Shown piece by piece: positions 36,256 to 46,720 of a stretch of 64,000 nt of DNA. The stretch's first letter is position 1. Every line of letters begins with the position of its first letter. The stretch lies in NCBI GenBank assembly GCA_944390455.1, contig CALXPU010000002.1:12179-76178 (forward strand), read 5' to 3'. The notes under the pieces were generated by a model. The model was not told the origin of the DNA. It searched no databases and saw only the letters and a program-made list of their open reading frames with translations. Both the position numbers and the translations under genes were made by a program. This DNA comes from an uncultured Alphaproteobacteria bacterium. Its GTDB lineage: Bacteria; Pseudomonadota; Alphaproteobacteria; RF32; CAG-239.

Positions 36256-37236
36256 CTAGGCTCCTTTTTTGGTGGCAAGCATCTCTCTTATGCCATCTAC
36301 GGAACTTAATACGGCACTTGCTTCATAGGGCATATAGACAATCTTGTTATCTTGCCCTGAAGTCATTTCTTTCATTGTTTCCAGATACTTCATGGCAATT
36401 AAATATTTGTCTGCTTGCCCTTTGGATGATAAGGCTTCAATTATTCTTTTAATGGCTTCTTTTTCGGCTTCCGCTTCTACCATGCGGGCTTGTGCAATAC
36501 CTTCTGCTTTTAAGATGGAGGCTTCTTTTTCACCTTCTGCTTTGCGAATAGCCGCTTCTTTCTGACCTTCTGCAATACGGATGGATGATTCTTTTTCTCC
36601 CTCTGCTTCATAAATCATGGCGCGCTTTTCTCGTTCGGCTTTCATTTGCTTGTCCATGGCTGCTTGAATGTCTGCCGGAGGGGTTATATCTTGCAATTCA
36701 ATACGATTAACCTTAACCCCCCATTTATCGGAAGCTGCATCTAAAATTCCTCTCAATTCTTCATTGATTTTGTCACGAGAAACGAGGGTTTCTTGCAACT
36801 CCATTTTACCAATAAGTTGGCGTAGAGTTGTTTGAGTTAATTTTTCAATTGCTTCTGATAAATTTTCAACTCCATAAACGGCTTTTTCAGGATTGATGAT
36901 TTGAAAATACAAAACAGCGTTGATGGCGATGGAAACGTTATCTTTGGTTATTACATTTTGACGGGGAAAGTCATAAACCGTTTCTCTTAAATCTAAGCGA
37001 TTGCTCTTTTGCATGTATGAATAGGTTCTGCCATCCGGATAGGTTGTACTTACTTTTTTGTAGATGCTTTTAGGTGCATCTATGAACGGTACAATAAAGT
37101 TTAGTCCTGCACCGAGGGTTTCTTTGTATTTCCCTAGTCTTTGGACAATAATAACTTCTTGTTGCTCAACGATAATACATCCTTTTAAGACAATGGCGAT
37201 TGCAGTTACAATCAGGACAATTAATAAGGTTTCCAT
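36256..37236 (-). CDS. SPFH/band-7 (stomatin-like) protein
   Basis: N-terminal TM and an SPFH core (VIIVQRLGKY..., TKDNVSIAINAVLYFQI, TLRQLIGKMEL, WGVKVNRIELQDI). C-terminal EA-rich repeats. Confidence 0.9.
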   Translation of the reverse strand: METLLIVLIVTAIAIVLKGCIIVEQQEVIIVQRLGKYKETLGAGLNFIVPFIDAPKSIYKKVSTTYPDGRTYSYMQKSNRLDLRETVYDFPRQNVITKDNVSIAINAVLYFQIINPEKAVYGVENLSEAIEKLTQTTLRQLIGKMELQETLVSRDKINEELRGILDAASDKWGVKVNRIELQDITPPADIQAAMDKQMKAEREKRAMIYEAEGEKESSIRIAEGQKEAAIRKAEGEKEASILKAEGIAQARMVEAEAEKEAIKRIIEALSSKGQADKYLIAMKYLETMKEMTSGQDNKIVYMPYEASAVLSSVDGIREMLATKKGA

Positions 37237-37673
37237 TATTTCTTTCCTTTCTTTTCTACGAACATGGTTAAATCATCGTGACTGATGATTTTTACTTTGC
37301 TACCTTTTTTTATTTCAGGTGCATCTTCGTTGGTTGTGCGAGCTTCCCAGTCTTCGTCATAAATTTTTAAACGTCCAGAGAAAGCATTAATGTCTGTGAT
37401 TGCGGTGGCTGTTTGACCAATGTATTGTGACTCAAAACTATGTTTCTTTTCTTTGTTGGGATTAATGTTGAGTAACGGACGCAGAAACAGGATAAAGATA
37501 ATTGATAGCACCGTAAAAATTGGAACTAGTATGTTGTAGTTATCCGTAAATAACGCTAACAGGGTGCATACAATTCCTGCGACGGCAAAGTTTAAAAAGA
37601 ACATGGTTGGCGTATATATTTCAACAATGAAACATATTAAAGATATGATTAAAAAAACAATCCAGACAGACAT
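37236..37673 (-). CDS. NfeD-family membrane protein
   Basis: Three TM plus a C-terminal OB-like GQTATAIT...GRLKIYDEDWEA...KGSKVKII. Its stop abuts the start of the SPFH gene. Confidence 0.8.
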   Translation of the reverse strand: MSVWIVFLIISLICFIVEIYTPTMFFLNFAVAGIVCTLLALFTDNYNILVPIFTVLSIIFILFLRPLLNINPNKEKKHSFESQYIGQTATAITDINAFSGRLKIYDEDWEARTTNEDAPEIKKGSKVKIISHDDLTMFVEKKGKK

Positions 37674-37774
37674 GGGACTTTCCTTTTATGGTTGAACAAT
37701 AATTTTGTTGTTATCTTAAGACCTATTACTTTATTTTTGGTTAAAGTAACAGTATGTTTTCGCGGGATTTGTCT

Positions 37775-39001
37775 TTATTTTGCTGTTTCACGAGTGCGTT
37801 GATAGATGATGTAGAGCAAAAAGATAAATAAACTCATGTAAAAAATGCCAAATACAGAAAATGCAGAGGCGAAACTTAAACCGCTACTTTCATTATCCGG
37901 CGCAATTACAAATTTGAAGCAAATTAGTGAAATACCCGAAATACTTTGTTGAAGCATATTGTTTACAGATGAAATGGTAGCGCGGGTTTCTTCCAACGCA
38001 AAGGTATGTATGTGGTTGATGTTGGCAATGGCAAATGCCAGTTGAAAGCCAATGCCGATGCATACGAATATTAAACAGATAAAGGCAACGTTTGGTTGTT
38101 TGAAATAAAAACTCAAAATCATGCAGGCAAACGAATATAAGCATAAAAAGGTGGTGACAACCAACAGACGATTGAAACCGAAAAACTTTTTGAGCTTGTT
38201 GACGTAAAACGAAAAGGCAGCTCTTAAGGCGTGATTGATGACGTAAATTGAACTGAACATTATTACCGGTGCGGAAGACATTTTGAGTAAGGGTTGAAAA
38301 CACCAGCAGAATAATGAAGTTGTTGAAAATAACAGGGCAGAATATAAAATGTAAACGTTGATGTTTTTATTTTTTATAGTGGTTATTGTGGTGTCTTTTA
38401 TTTCTTTGAATTTTTCTTTTATCGTTTTAGCGTGCGGACGTGCTGACGGAGGGTTGGGAAGTGTTGTCAACAAAATGATGCTGATTAGGGTTAAACATAG
38501 TTCTAATCCCAGTAAAACTATTGTGCCATATTTATCGTATAATGCAGCGCTGAATACAGCGGCAAACATTGCTCCTGATGACATCGCAAAATTTGTGCGG
38601 CCACATTCTTTTAGCATACGTTTTGTCTTGTTTTCGTTTTTTAGATAATCGTATATGTAACTGTCATAAACACCCGATAAAAAGGCTCTTGAAAGTGCGT
38701 TGAAAAGTTCACCTAAAAGTACGATATAAATGCCTGAAAAACTTAGCCATAATGCGGCTCTTAAAAAGAAACATAAAAAGGCTAAAATGAGTACTTTTTT
38801 CTTTGATATAACATCGGCAATGTAACCACAGGGAATTTCAAAAACAATGCCGGTTAATTGGAATATTCCTTGAAACAAAACAAAGTCTGCAATGCTTAAA
38901 CCATTTTGTTGATAGAAAAATAAAAGCACTGGCGCAAGATATAATTGCGACCGCAAAAAGCATGCAATGTCTAATCTTTTTAATGGATTTGTTTGTTTCA
39001 T
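37775..39001 (-). CDS. MFS transporter
   Basis: About 12 TM. GYIADVISKKKV is the loop 2-3 MFS signature. Confidence 0.72.
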   Translation of the reverse strand: MKQTNPLKRLDIACFLRSQLYLAPVLLFFYQQNGLSIADFVLFQGIFQLTGIVFEIPCGYIADVISKKKVLILAFLCFFLRAALWLSFSGIYIVLLGELFNALSRAFLSGVYDSYIYDYLKNENKTKRMLKECGRTNFAMSSGAMFAAVFSAALYDKYGTIVLLGLELCLTLISIILLTTLPNPPSARPHAKTIKEKFKEIKDTTITTIKNKNINVYILYSALLFSTTSLFCWCFQPLLKMSSAPVIMFSSIYVINHALRAAFSFYVNKLKKFFGFNRLLVVTTFLCLYSFACMILSFYFKQPNVAFICLIFVCIGIGFQLAFAIANINHIHTFALEETRATISSVNNMLQQSISGISLICFKFVIAPDNESSGLSFASAFSVFGIFYMSLFIFLLYIIYQRTRETAK

Positions 39002-39156
39002 TGTTTTTCACTTTTTCAGAATTATTTTCGGTTGTTTGTAGTCTAAGATTTTATAGCTTAAAATAAAGTAAATAAAGGATATAAAATGCAGGATTTTGAA
39101 TACAAAAAAACCACCCTAACTACAGGTGGTTTTTTTATTAAGCTCTATTAAAAATC

Positions 39157-39372
39157 TTACTTCTTAGATTTTTTAGAAGAAGTAGTTTTTTTGCTAGAAG
39201 AAGCTGTCTTCTTAGAAGAAGAAGATGTGCTGCAGCAAGACTTTGTAGCTTTTGAACCATAGATTTGTTCAATTGCCATGTTCCAGAACTTTTCGTCCTG
39301 ACCGAATGGGCAACCAGCATTCTGCCAATTGTAGTAAGCAGCTTCTCTAATTAAATTTTCATTGAATGTCAT
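39157..39372 (-). CDS. DUF2934-like small protein with Ser/Lys-rich tail
   Basis: IREAAYYNWQNAGCPFGQDEKFWNMA resembles the DUF2934 core (IRERAY.LW...G.P.G.D...W..A). Confidence 0.55.
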   Translation of the reverse strand: MTFNENLIREAAYYNWQNAGCPFGQDEKFWNMAIEQIYGSKATKSCCSTSSSSKKTASSSKKTTSSKKSKK

Positions 39373-40046
39373 TTCAATTCTCCAAATAATTTGTTATAAA
39401 ACAAGGTTAAGTATAAATATAATTTTTATTTTGTAAATACGAATTTTCTTCGTTTTGCTTGTTAGTTATTGTATATACATAAATAGATTAAAAAATCATT
39501 AAAAAAAGGGAGTTAGATGAAAAAATTTTTAGGTCTGTTTTTAAGCGAATTTTTGGGGTGATTTTAGAGAGTGAAAATACTGTGCAACTTGTTGTTTTTT
39601 GATGATTTTTTTTGAACTGAGATAATTGAGAAAAATAGTGTTTTTTGCGCGTATAGTTCGTTGAAAAAATAATAAAAAAATGAAAAAAAAATTTTTTTTT
39701 ATTTCTTGTGCAAAAAAACGTCGAAATAACAAATAATAAGGTTTATATTTTGCGAGGGAGAAAAAAAGTATAAAAATGTGGTCTAAAAATGGGTATAAAA
39801 AAGTGATTTTTTTGTTAAAATTTTTATATGTTTTTTCTGCTTTGGGAGATGGGAAAATATGAGGGAATCTTGTTTGTAAAATGGATATGTTTGAAGAGCT
39901 TAATCCTGTTGTTTTTAAAAGGATTTTTAAAAGGATATAACATTCGTGCGTGGTGAAAAAAAATAATAAAATTCTTGCAATTTTTTTGATTTGTTTTTAT
40001 ACATATTTTGTAACCTATTTTTTGTTTATATTTTGGAGTTATAGTT

Positions 40047-42347
40047 ATGGCCAACACAGTTAAAAATCAAACTGTAAAATCAGAGAATAATAACACGCCG
40101 CTTGAATTTGCGGTTTTGAGTTCCTGTAGTGAGGGAGAAATGAAGAATTTATTGTCGAAAAATGAGATGGACTGCATTATTAACGGCGATTATGAAAATG
40201 TGATGGCGGTGTTGGGCATTCATCGTGATAAAGGCTCTAAAGAAGTTTTTATTCGTGCGTATAAACCAAAAACGAAATCTATTGAATTGTTAGATGCAAA
40301 TGGTAATTCTCTTGGGTTGATGACAATGCTTGACCCGAGAGGCTTTTATCAGATTAATCTTGGGGTTATGAACGCTGATAATTTCTCTTATAAATTCAGA
40401 ATTACCAATGATAAAAATGAAACTTATGAAGAATATGATGTTTATTCTTTCCCTTCAATTTTGGGCGATATAGATGAGTACCTTTTTGCGGAAGGTAATC
40501 ACTTGGATTTGTATAAAAAACTTGGCGCTCATATTATGGAGATTAATGGGGTTAAAGGTGTTGGTTTTTCTGTTTGGGCTCCAAATGCAAAACGTGTTTC
40601 CGTTATTGGCGCATTTAATAATTGGGATGGTCGCGTTAATGTTATGCGCAAACACTATAACTGTGGCGTATGGGATATCTTTATTCCAAATATTACAGAA
40701 GGCGAATATTACAAGTATGAAATTAAAACACATGAAGGTTATATCTTAACTAAGAGCGACCCTATGGCGTTTTATTCTGAAGTTAGACCTAATACAGCTT
40801 CTATTGTGTTTGATCTTAATCACTATAAATGGAATGATGGCGATTGGATGAATTATCGCGCTTCTTATAACAGTTTTGACAGACCAACTTCTATTTATGA
40901 AGTTCACCTTGGTTCTTGGCGCAGAAAAGGCGAAAACGGTTCTGAATTTTTAACCTATCGTGAACTGGCTGACAGTCTTGTTCCTTATGTTATGAATATG
41001 GGCTTTACTCATGTTGAATTTTTGCCGGTTTGCGAACACCCGTTAGATGCTTCTTGGGGATACCAAGTTACAGGTTTGTTTGCGCCGACTTCTCGTTTTG
41101 GTAATCCTGATGATTTTAGATATATGATTGATAAATTCCATCAGGCAAATATCGGTGTTATTATGGACTGGGTTCCAGCTCACTTCCCGAAAGATGGTCA
41201 TGGGTTGGTTGAATTTGATGGAACACATCTTTATGAACATGCTGACCCTCGTAAAGGTGAACATAAAGACTGGGGTACAAAAATCTATAACTATGGTCGT
41301 ACCGAAGTCAGTAATGTTCTTTGCTCCAGCGCTCTTTATTGGTTAAAAGAATATCATATCGACGGACTTCGTGTTGATGCTGTGGCTTCTATGTTGTATT
41401 TGGATTATTCTCGTAAACCGGGTGAGTGGATCCCAAATATTTATGGTGGTAACGAAAACCTTGAAGCTATCGCATTTATTCGTAAGATGAACGAATTATG
41501 CTATGGTACTTGTCCGGGAATTATGACATGCGCAGAAGAATCTACCGCATGGCCGATGGTTTCTCGTCCGACATCTATGGGTGGTTTGGGTTTTGGCTAT
41601 AAATGGAATATGGGGTGGATGAACGATACCCTTAACTATATCAGCAAAGATCCGGTTTATCGTAAATATGAACATGGTAAATTGACCTTCGGGTTGTTGT
41701 ATGCCTTTAATGAAAACTTTATTTTACCGATTTCTCACGATGAAGTTGTTCATGGTAAAGGTTCTATGCTTGGTAAAATGCCAGGCGATGAATGGCAAAA
41801 ATTTGCTAACCTTCGTGCTTACTATGGATTTATGTGGACACACCCAGGTAAAAAATTGCTCTTTATGGGAAGCGAATTTGGTCAGGATTGGGAGTGGAAC
41901 TCTGCTGAAAGTTTAAGATGGCATTTGCTTGAATATCCTATGTATAAAGGTATGCAAAATTGCGTACGCGATTTGAACTTGATGTATAAGGGCAACTCTG
42001 CTTTTTATGAAGAAGATTTTGATAGCAAAGGTTTTGAATGGATTGACCATGCTAATGCAAATGACAGCGTAATTTCTTATATCCGTCGCGGACACGATTA
42101 TAACAACTATATGATTGTGGTTTGTAACTTTACTCCGGTTGTTCGTCATGGTTTCAAAATCGGTGTGCCGGATAGTGGTGCTTATCAGGAAATCTTTAAT
42201 AGTGATGATAAAAACTATTGGGGAAGCGGGGTTAGAAATGAAGGTGAAGTTTATGCTTCTAATGAAGGAATGAACGGACGTCCTCACTCTATTGAGTTGA
42301 CTTTGCCTCCGTTGTCTACTATTGTTTTGAAACATATCAGATATTAA
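40047..42347 (+). CDS. glgB: 1,4-alpha-glucan branching enzyme
   Basis: Full-length GH13 branching-enzyme pattern: FSVWAPNA, YEVHLGSW, GYQVTG.FAP.SRFG, DWVPAHFP, DGLRVDAV, AEESTAWP, HDEVVHGK. Confidence 0.95.
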   Translation: MANTVKNQTVKSENNNTPLEFAVLSSCSEGEMKNLLSKNEMDCIINGDYENVMAVLGIHRDKGSKEVFIRAYKPKTKSIELLDANGNSLGLMTMLDPRGFYQINLGVMNADNFSYKFRITNDKNETYEEYDVYSFPSILGDIDEYLFAEGNHLDLYKKLGAHIMEINGVKGVGFSVWAPNAKRVSVIGAFNNWDGRVNVMRKHYNCGVWDIFIPNITEGEYYKYEIKTHEGYILTKSDPMAFYSEVRPNTASIVFDLNHYKWNDGDWMNYRASYNSFDRPTSIYEVHLGSWRRKGENGSEFLTYRELADSLVPYVMNMGFTHVEFLPVCEHPLDASWGYQVTGLFAPTSRFGNPDDFRYMIDKFHQANIGVIMDWVPAHFPKDGHGLVEFDGTHLYEHADPRKGEHKDWGTKIYNYGRTEVSNVLCSSALYWLKEYHIDGLRVDAVASMLYLDYSRKPGEWIPNIYGGNENLEAIAFIRKMNELCYGTCPGIMTCAEESTAWPMVSRPTSMGGLGFGYKWNMGWMNDTLNYISKDPVYRKYEHGKLTFGLLYAFNENFILPISHDEVVHGKGSMLGKMPGDEWQKFANLRAYYGFMWTHPGKKLLFMGSEFGQDWEWNSAESLRWHLLEYPMYKGMQNCVRDLNLMYKGNSAFYEEDFDSKGFEWIDHANANDSVISYIRRGHDYNNYMIVVCNFTPVVRHGFKIGVPDSGAYQEIFNSDDKNYWGSGVRNEGEVYASNEGMNGRPHSIELTLPPLSTIVLKHIRY

Positions 42348-42376
42348 TTCTAGTTCTTATTTTGTAGAGAGGGTAT

Positions 42377-44452
42377 ATGCCAGATATTAGAGTATGGGAA
42401 GGTCGTGCTTATCCGTTGGGTGCAACTGCTGATGAATGGGGGGTTAATTTCGCCTTGTTCTCTGCAGGAGCTACTAAGGTGGAATTATGCTTGTTTGATA
42501 AAAGCGGCGTTAAGGAAATTGCACGATATGAACTTCCTGTTCATGAAAATAATATCTGGCATATTTACCTTGAAGGTGTTACTCCCGGGCAGGTTTATGG
42601 TTATCGTGTATATGGTCCATACGAGCCAACTAAAGGTAAACGCTTTAATCCTAATAAGCTGTTGCTGGATCCGTATGCGAAGAAAATTATCGGGCGGCTT
42701 ATTTGGCATAAGGCGATTTTTGGTTATGATACCGATAGTATTGAAAAGGATTTGTCTTTTTCAACTTTAGACAGTGCGCCATATGTTCCAAAGTCTGTGG
42801 TGGTTGATAATTCTGATTTTGATTGGAGCGGAGATGTTCCTCCACAAGTTGACGCTGCAAAAACTGTTTTTTATGAATTACATGTAAAGGGCTATACTAA
42901 ACTACATCCAAAAGTGCAAGATGCTAAACGGGGCACATTCTCCGGTCTTGCCAGCAGAAGTGTATGCGGTTATTTGAAATGGTTGGGAGTTACTTCGGTT
43001 GAACTTATGCCGGTTAATGCGTTTATGGCAGAACGAAATACCGGTATGAAAGATAATTTTTGGGGGTATGAAACACTTAACTTTTTTGCTCTTGAGCCGA
43101 GTTATATGGTTAATGCCGATGTCAACAATTTTAAACGTATGGTTAAGCGCTTTCATGAGAGTGGTTTAGAGGTTATCTTGGATATGGTGTATAACCATAC
43201 GCTTGAAGGTAATCATATGGGGCCGACGCTTTGTTACAGAGGTATTGATAACGAAAGTTATTATACTTTGGATGGTACAAATAAACGCTATTATTACGAT
43301 AGTACCGGCTGTGGTGCTTCATTTAATTTGCAGAATCCGTATGTGTTGACGTTGGTTATGGATTCAATGCGCTATATGGTTGAAGAAATGCACGTCGATG
43401 GGTTCCGTTTGGATTTGGCAACTTCTTTGGCACGTGTTAAACAAGAATTTAGTCAAAGTAGCGGTTTCTTGATGTCTTTGCGGCAAGACGAAGTTTTGCA
43501 ATTGGTTAAAATGACTGCCGAACCATGGGATGTAGGTATTGGCGGTTATCAATTGGGAGCATTTCCTCCGGGACAGATGGAATGGAACGACAGATATCGC
43601 GATGTAACAAGACGTTTTTGGCGTGGTGATGAACGTCAAGTTGGGGAGTTGGCTAGTCGTATTTCAGGTTCAAGTGATATTTTCGGACCGAGTAAAAGAA
43701 CCATTTGGAGTTCAGTTAATTATCTGACTGTACATGATGGTATGACTTTGGCTGATTTGGTGTCTTATAATCATAAGCATAACTATGCTAATGGGGAAGA
43801 TAATCGTGACGGAAGTGATGCAAACTGGAGTTATAATTCCGGGTTTGAAGGGGAGACAGATAATAAAGAAATTCTTGAAAATCGCAAACTTCGTCAACGG
43901 GCGATGATGAGTACATTGCTCCTCTCTTTTGGTACGCCGATTATCCGTTCAGGAGATGAATTTTTTAATACGCAATTTGGTAATAATAATGCTTATTGTC
44001 AGGATAATATTATTTCCTATATGGTGTGGGATGCTATTGGAAATGAAGCTATTGCTAATGTGCGCTTTGTGAAAAATCTTATCAGACTTCGTCGGAAAAT
44101 GGGAATATTCAATCGTCGTAACTTCTTTACCGGACAGGTGGTTGATGCTAAGTTGGGGATTAAAGATTTAGCGTGGTATACAGAAAAGGGAACAGAGTTT
44201 ACGAGTGCGGATTGGTATCAGCCAACACGAAAGTCTTTGTCATATATTGTTAGTGCTCGTGAAAAGTTGTTTATGGTTATTCTGAATGCTCAGGCTAGTC
44301 ATATGAAATGGAAATTACCGAATATAAAAAAATCATTTAAATGGAATTTATTGTTGGACAGCTCTTCTAAATTTGAAGCAGATAATTTGGCTTGCGGTGC
44401 GGAAATTTGGGTACCGGCTTGGTCAGTCCTTTGTTTTGAAATTAAAAAATAG
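42377..44452 (+). CDS. glgX: Glycogen debranching enzyme
   Basis: PLGAT..GVNFALFS, YELHVKG.T, WGYETLNFFA, ILDMVYNHT, DGFRLDLA, AEPWD, TVHDG. Confidence 0.93.
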   Translation: MPDIRVWEGRAYPLGATADEWGVNFALFSAGATKVELCLFDKSGVKEIARYELPVHENNIWHIYLEGVTPGQVYGYRVYGPYEPTKGKRFNPNKLLLDPYAKKIIGRLIWHKAIFGYDTDSIEKDLSFSTLDSAPYVPKSVVVDNSDFDWSGDVPPQVDAAKTVFYELHVKGYTKLHPKVQDAKRGTFSGLASRSVCGYLKWLGVTSVELMPVNAFMAERNTGMKDNFWGYETLNFFALEPSYMVNADVNNFKRMVKRFHESGLEVILDMVYNHTLEGNHMGPTLCYRGIDNESYYTLDGTNKRYYYDSTGCGASFNLQNPYVLTLVMDSMRYMVEEMHVDGFRLDLATSLARVKQEFSQSSGFLMSLRQDEVLQLVKMTAEPWDVGIGGYQLGAFPPGQMEWNDRYRDVTRRFWRGDERQVGELASRISGSSDIFGPSKRTIWSSVNYLTVHDGMTLADLVSYNHKHNYANGEDNRDGSDANWSYNSGFEGETDNKEILENRKLRQRAMMSTLLLSFGTPIIRSGDEFFNTQFGNNNAYCQDNIISYMVWDAIGNEAIANVRFVKNLIRLRRKMGIFNRRNFFTGQVVDAKLGIKDLAWYTEKGTEFTSADWYQPTRKSLSYIVSAREKLFMVILNAQASHMKWKLPNIKKSFKWNLLLDSSSKFEADNLACGAEIWVPAWSVLCFEIKK

Positions 44453-44476
44453 TTTGTGATGTAATCAAGGGAGTTT

Positions 44477-46621
44477 ATGATGAGTGATCTTTTGCATCAA
44501 TTGGCAGAGAAGTTGGGAATTAGTACTAGTTTTACTTATGGAGGCGGTGTTATTAAAACAAGTGTGGTCAGTGATGACTTACTTCGCTTTTTTATTGAAA
44601 GTTTAGGTTATGGTGCCAAAAATGAAGCCGAGATGCAACGTTCGTTGGAACGTTTGGAAAAGAAACGTTGGCAACGTGCTATGGAAGCTATTTATGTTGT
44701 TACGAATGATAATCCGATTATGGATATTGTTTTGCCTCAGAAAGAAGTTGAGGGAGGAATAGAGGTTTATGTGGCACCGGAAGGACAAGATGATTTTCGC
44801 GTGCTTAATGTGGCCATAGATGAAGTAGAAACACGTCAGGAAGGGCGTATTCTTTATGTTAAAGAGCAAATACGCGTTTGCGACAATCTTGATTTTGGCT
44901 ACTATGATATTAAAGTTAAAACTTCTAAAACTGAATACAAAACCGTATTGGCGATTGCTCCTCAAAAATGTTTTGCAATGGATACAAAAGGCAAAAGCAA
45001 ATTATTTGGTTTTGCTGTTCAGCTTTATTCTGTAAAAAGTCAGAGAAATTGGGGGGTAGGTGATTTTTCTGATTTAGAAAATATGATAGATTTGTTGGCT
45101 GATAGCGGAGGCGATGTTATTGGATTAAATCCGCTTAGCGTCTTATTGCATGATTATCCGGAAGCTGCTAGTCCGTATGCGTCAATCAGTCGTTTATTCT
45201 TAAATCCGATTTATATAGATGTTGAAAAGGTGCCTTTTTATGAGACATCTGACAAAGATGAAAATGCGGTCAATGCTGCGCGCGAAAAAGAAACGATAGA
45301 TTATACAGCTGTTTATAATGCTAAAATTAAAGCGTTACAGAATATTTTTGAACGGGTTCAACAAAATGCGACATCTGAATATGCTAAAGAGTTTCAGGCA
45401 TTTAAAAAGGCTGACAGCGGTGAGTTAAATAGACTGGCTGTCTTTCAGGCTTTGTGCCATGCAAGATGCATTGCTGATGAAAAAAATGCTAAAAAAATTC
45501 AGGAGTTGCTTTCTTCCGCATTGGGAAGTGATGTTGAAAAATTTGCTCATAAACATGCGGCGGAAATTGATTTCTTCAAGTTCTTGCAATTTGAAGCTGA
45601 TAGGCAATTACGTTTGGTAGAAAAGAAAATTAAAGATAGAAATTTAGCTATTGGTTTATATCGTGATTTGCCTGTAGGTGTTTCTAAAGATAGTGCGGAA
45701 GTTTGGAGCGATAGATATCTTTATATGCAAGAAAGTGGCGTCGGTGCTCCTCCAGATAGTTGTTTTCCGACTGGTCAAAAATGGGGATTGGGGGCGTTTA
45801 ATCCGTTTGAACTGAAAGAACGTTGCTATAAGCCTTTTATTCGTATTTTAAGGGCAAATATGCGCTATGCCGGTGCTCTTAGAATTGACCATGTGATGGG
45901 ATTGTCCAGACTTTATTTAATTCCAGATAAAGGCGAGGAAGGAACTTATTTGGCTTATAATGTTAAAGATATGTTTAATATTTTGGCGCTGGAAAGTTAT
46001 TTGAATAAGTGTATCGTGGTGGGCGAGAGCATCGGAAATGTTGCTGATGGCTTTAAGGAAATGCTGACCGAACGTAACATCTATTCTTTAGGTGTGTTGT
46101 GGAATGAACGCAGACAAGATGGTTTTTCATTCAAATCGCCTAATGAGTATGAAACTTTGTATTTTGCTTCTGTCGGAACGCATGATATGCCGCCACTTAA
46201 AGCTTGGTGGTTTGGTACTGAAGTGGGATTGATGAAAGACTTACAGCTGTTTACCCCCGAAGAAGCAACGAATGCTTATAAGTGCAGAGAACATGAGCGG
46301 TGGCTTTTGCTTAATGCTATGGATAATGAAGGTGTTTGGCCGGAAGATAAAAGAAGACAAGGCGATTATCTGTTTGGAGAAGGATATCCGGAGGGAATTG
46401 AAGAAGCGGTTCACGGATATATGGCTAAATCAAACAGCGTGGTCTTTATGTTGCAGCCAGAAGATGTTTTCCAATCCATGCGTATTCAGAATCTTCCGGG
46501 AACGGATATTGATAAATATCCAAACTGGCGTACAAAACTTCCGGTTGATGTAGAAGATATGCGAAATAGTGAAGCATACCACCGAAATATCAACGTGGTA
46601 AAAAAATGGCGTTCTTTATAA
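44477..46621 (+). CDS. malQ: 4-alpha-glucanotransferase (amylomaltase), long form
   Basis: GH77 motifs GVGDFSDL, GLNPL, SPY...SR, LRIDHVMGL, VGESIG, GTHDMPP, PGT...YPNWR. It has an N-terminal extension of about 170 aa, as in E. coli-type MalQ. Confidence 0.9.
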   Translation: MMSDLLHQLAEKLGISTSFTYGGGVIKTSVVSDDLLRFFIESLGYGAKNEAEMQRSLERLEKKRWQRAMEAIYVVTNDNPIMDIVLPQKEVEGGIEVYVAPEGQDDFRVLNVAIDEVETRQEGRILYVKEQIRVCDNLDFGYYDIKVKTSKTEYKTVLAIAPQKCFAMDTKGKSKLFGFAVQLYSVKSQRNWGVGDFSDLENMIDLLADSGGDVIGLNPLSVLLHDYPEAASPYASISRLFLNPIYIDVEKVPFYETSDKDENAVNAAREKETIDYTAVYNAKIKALQNIFERVQQNATSEYAKEFQAFKKADSGELNRLAVFQALCHARCIADEKNAKKIQELLSSALGSDVEKFAHKHAAEIDFFKFLQFEADRQLRLVEKKIKDRNLAIGLYRDLPVGVSKDSAEVWSDRYLYMQESGVGAPPDSCFPTGQKWGLGAFNPFELKERCYKPFIRILRANMRYAGALRIDHVMGLSRLYLIPDKGEEGTYLAYNVKDMFNILALESYLNKCIVVGESIGNVADGFKEMLTERNIYSLGVLWNERRQDGFSFKSPNEYETLYFASVGTHDMPPLKAWWFGTEVGLMKDLQLFTPEEATNAYKCREHERWLLLNAMDNEGVWPEDKRRQGDYLFGEGYPEGIEEAVHGYMAKSNSVVFMLQPEDVFQSMRIQNLPGTDIDKYPNWRTKLPVDVEDMRNSEAYHRNINVVKKWRSL

Positions 46622-46720
46622 ACGTATTAGTAAGTATTTTGTAAGATAATCAATATCGGGCGGGAGGAACTCTTCTGCCTGATATTGCGTATATTAAACA
46701 GAGATAAATAGGATGGCGAT

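Noticed and set aside
36430-36620. Repetitive AEGEKE/AEGQKE segment in the SPFH gene as a possible independent repeat element.
   Set aside because: It is a short, degenerate EA-rich coiled-coil region typical of SPFH/flotillin-like C-termini, not a nucleotide-level tandem repeat.
39541-40057. 63 aa and 77 aa minus-strand ORFs in the long intergenic region before glgB.
   Set aside because: Their translations are low-complexity Phe/Lys/Ile-rich strings derived from A/T homopolymers. There is no SD and no plausible fold. The second also overlaps the glgB start.
46651-46687. 11 bp stem hairpin (caatatcgggc / gcctgatattg) after malQ, as a terminator.
   Set aside because: The stem is convincing, but no T-run follows and the loop is long (15 nt). 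It could be an RNA-stability element or nothing, so I did not list it as a terminator.
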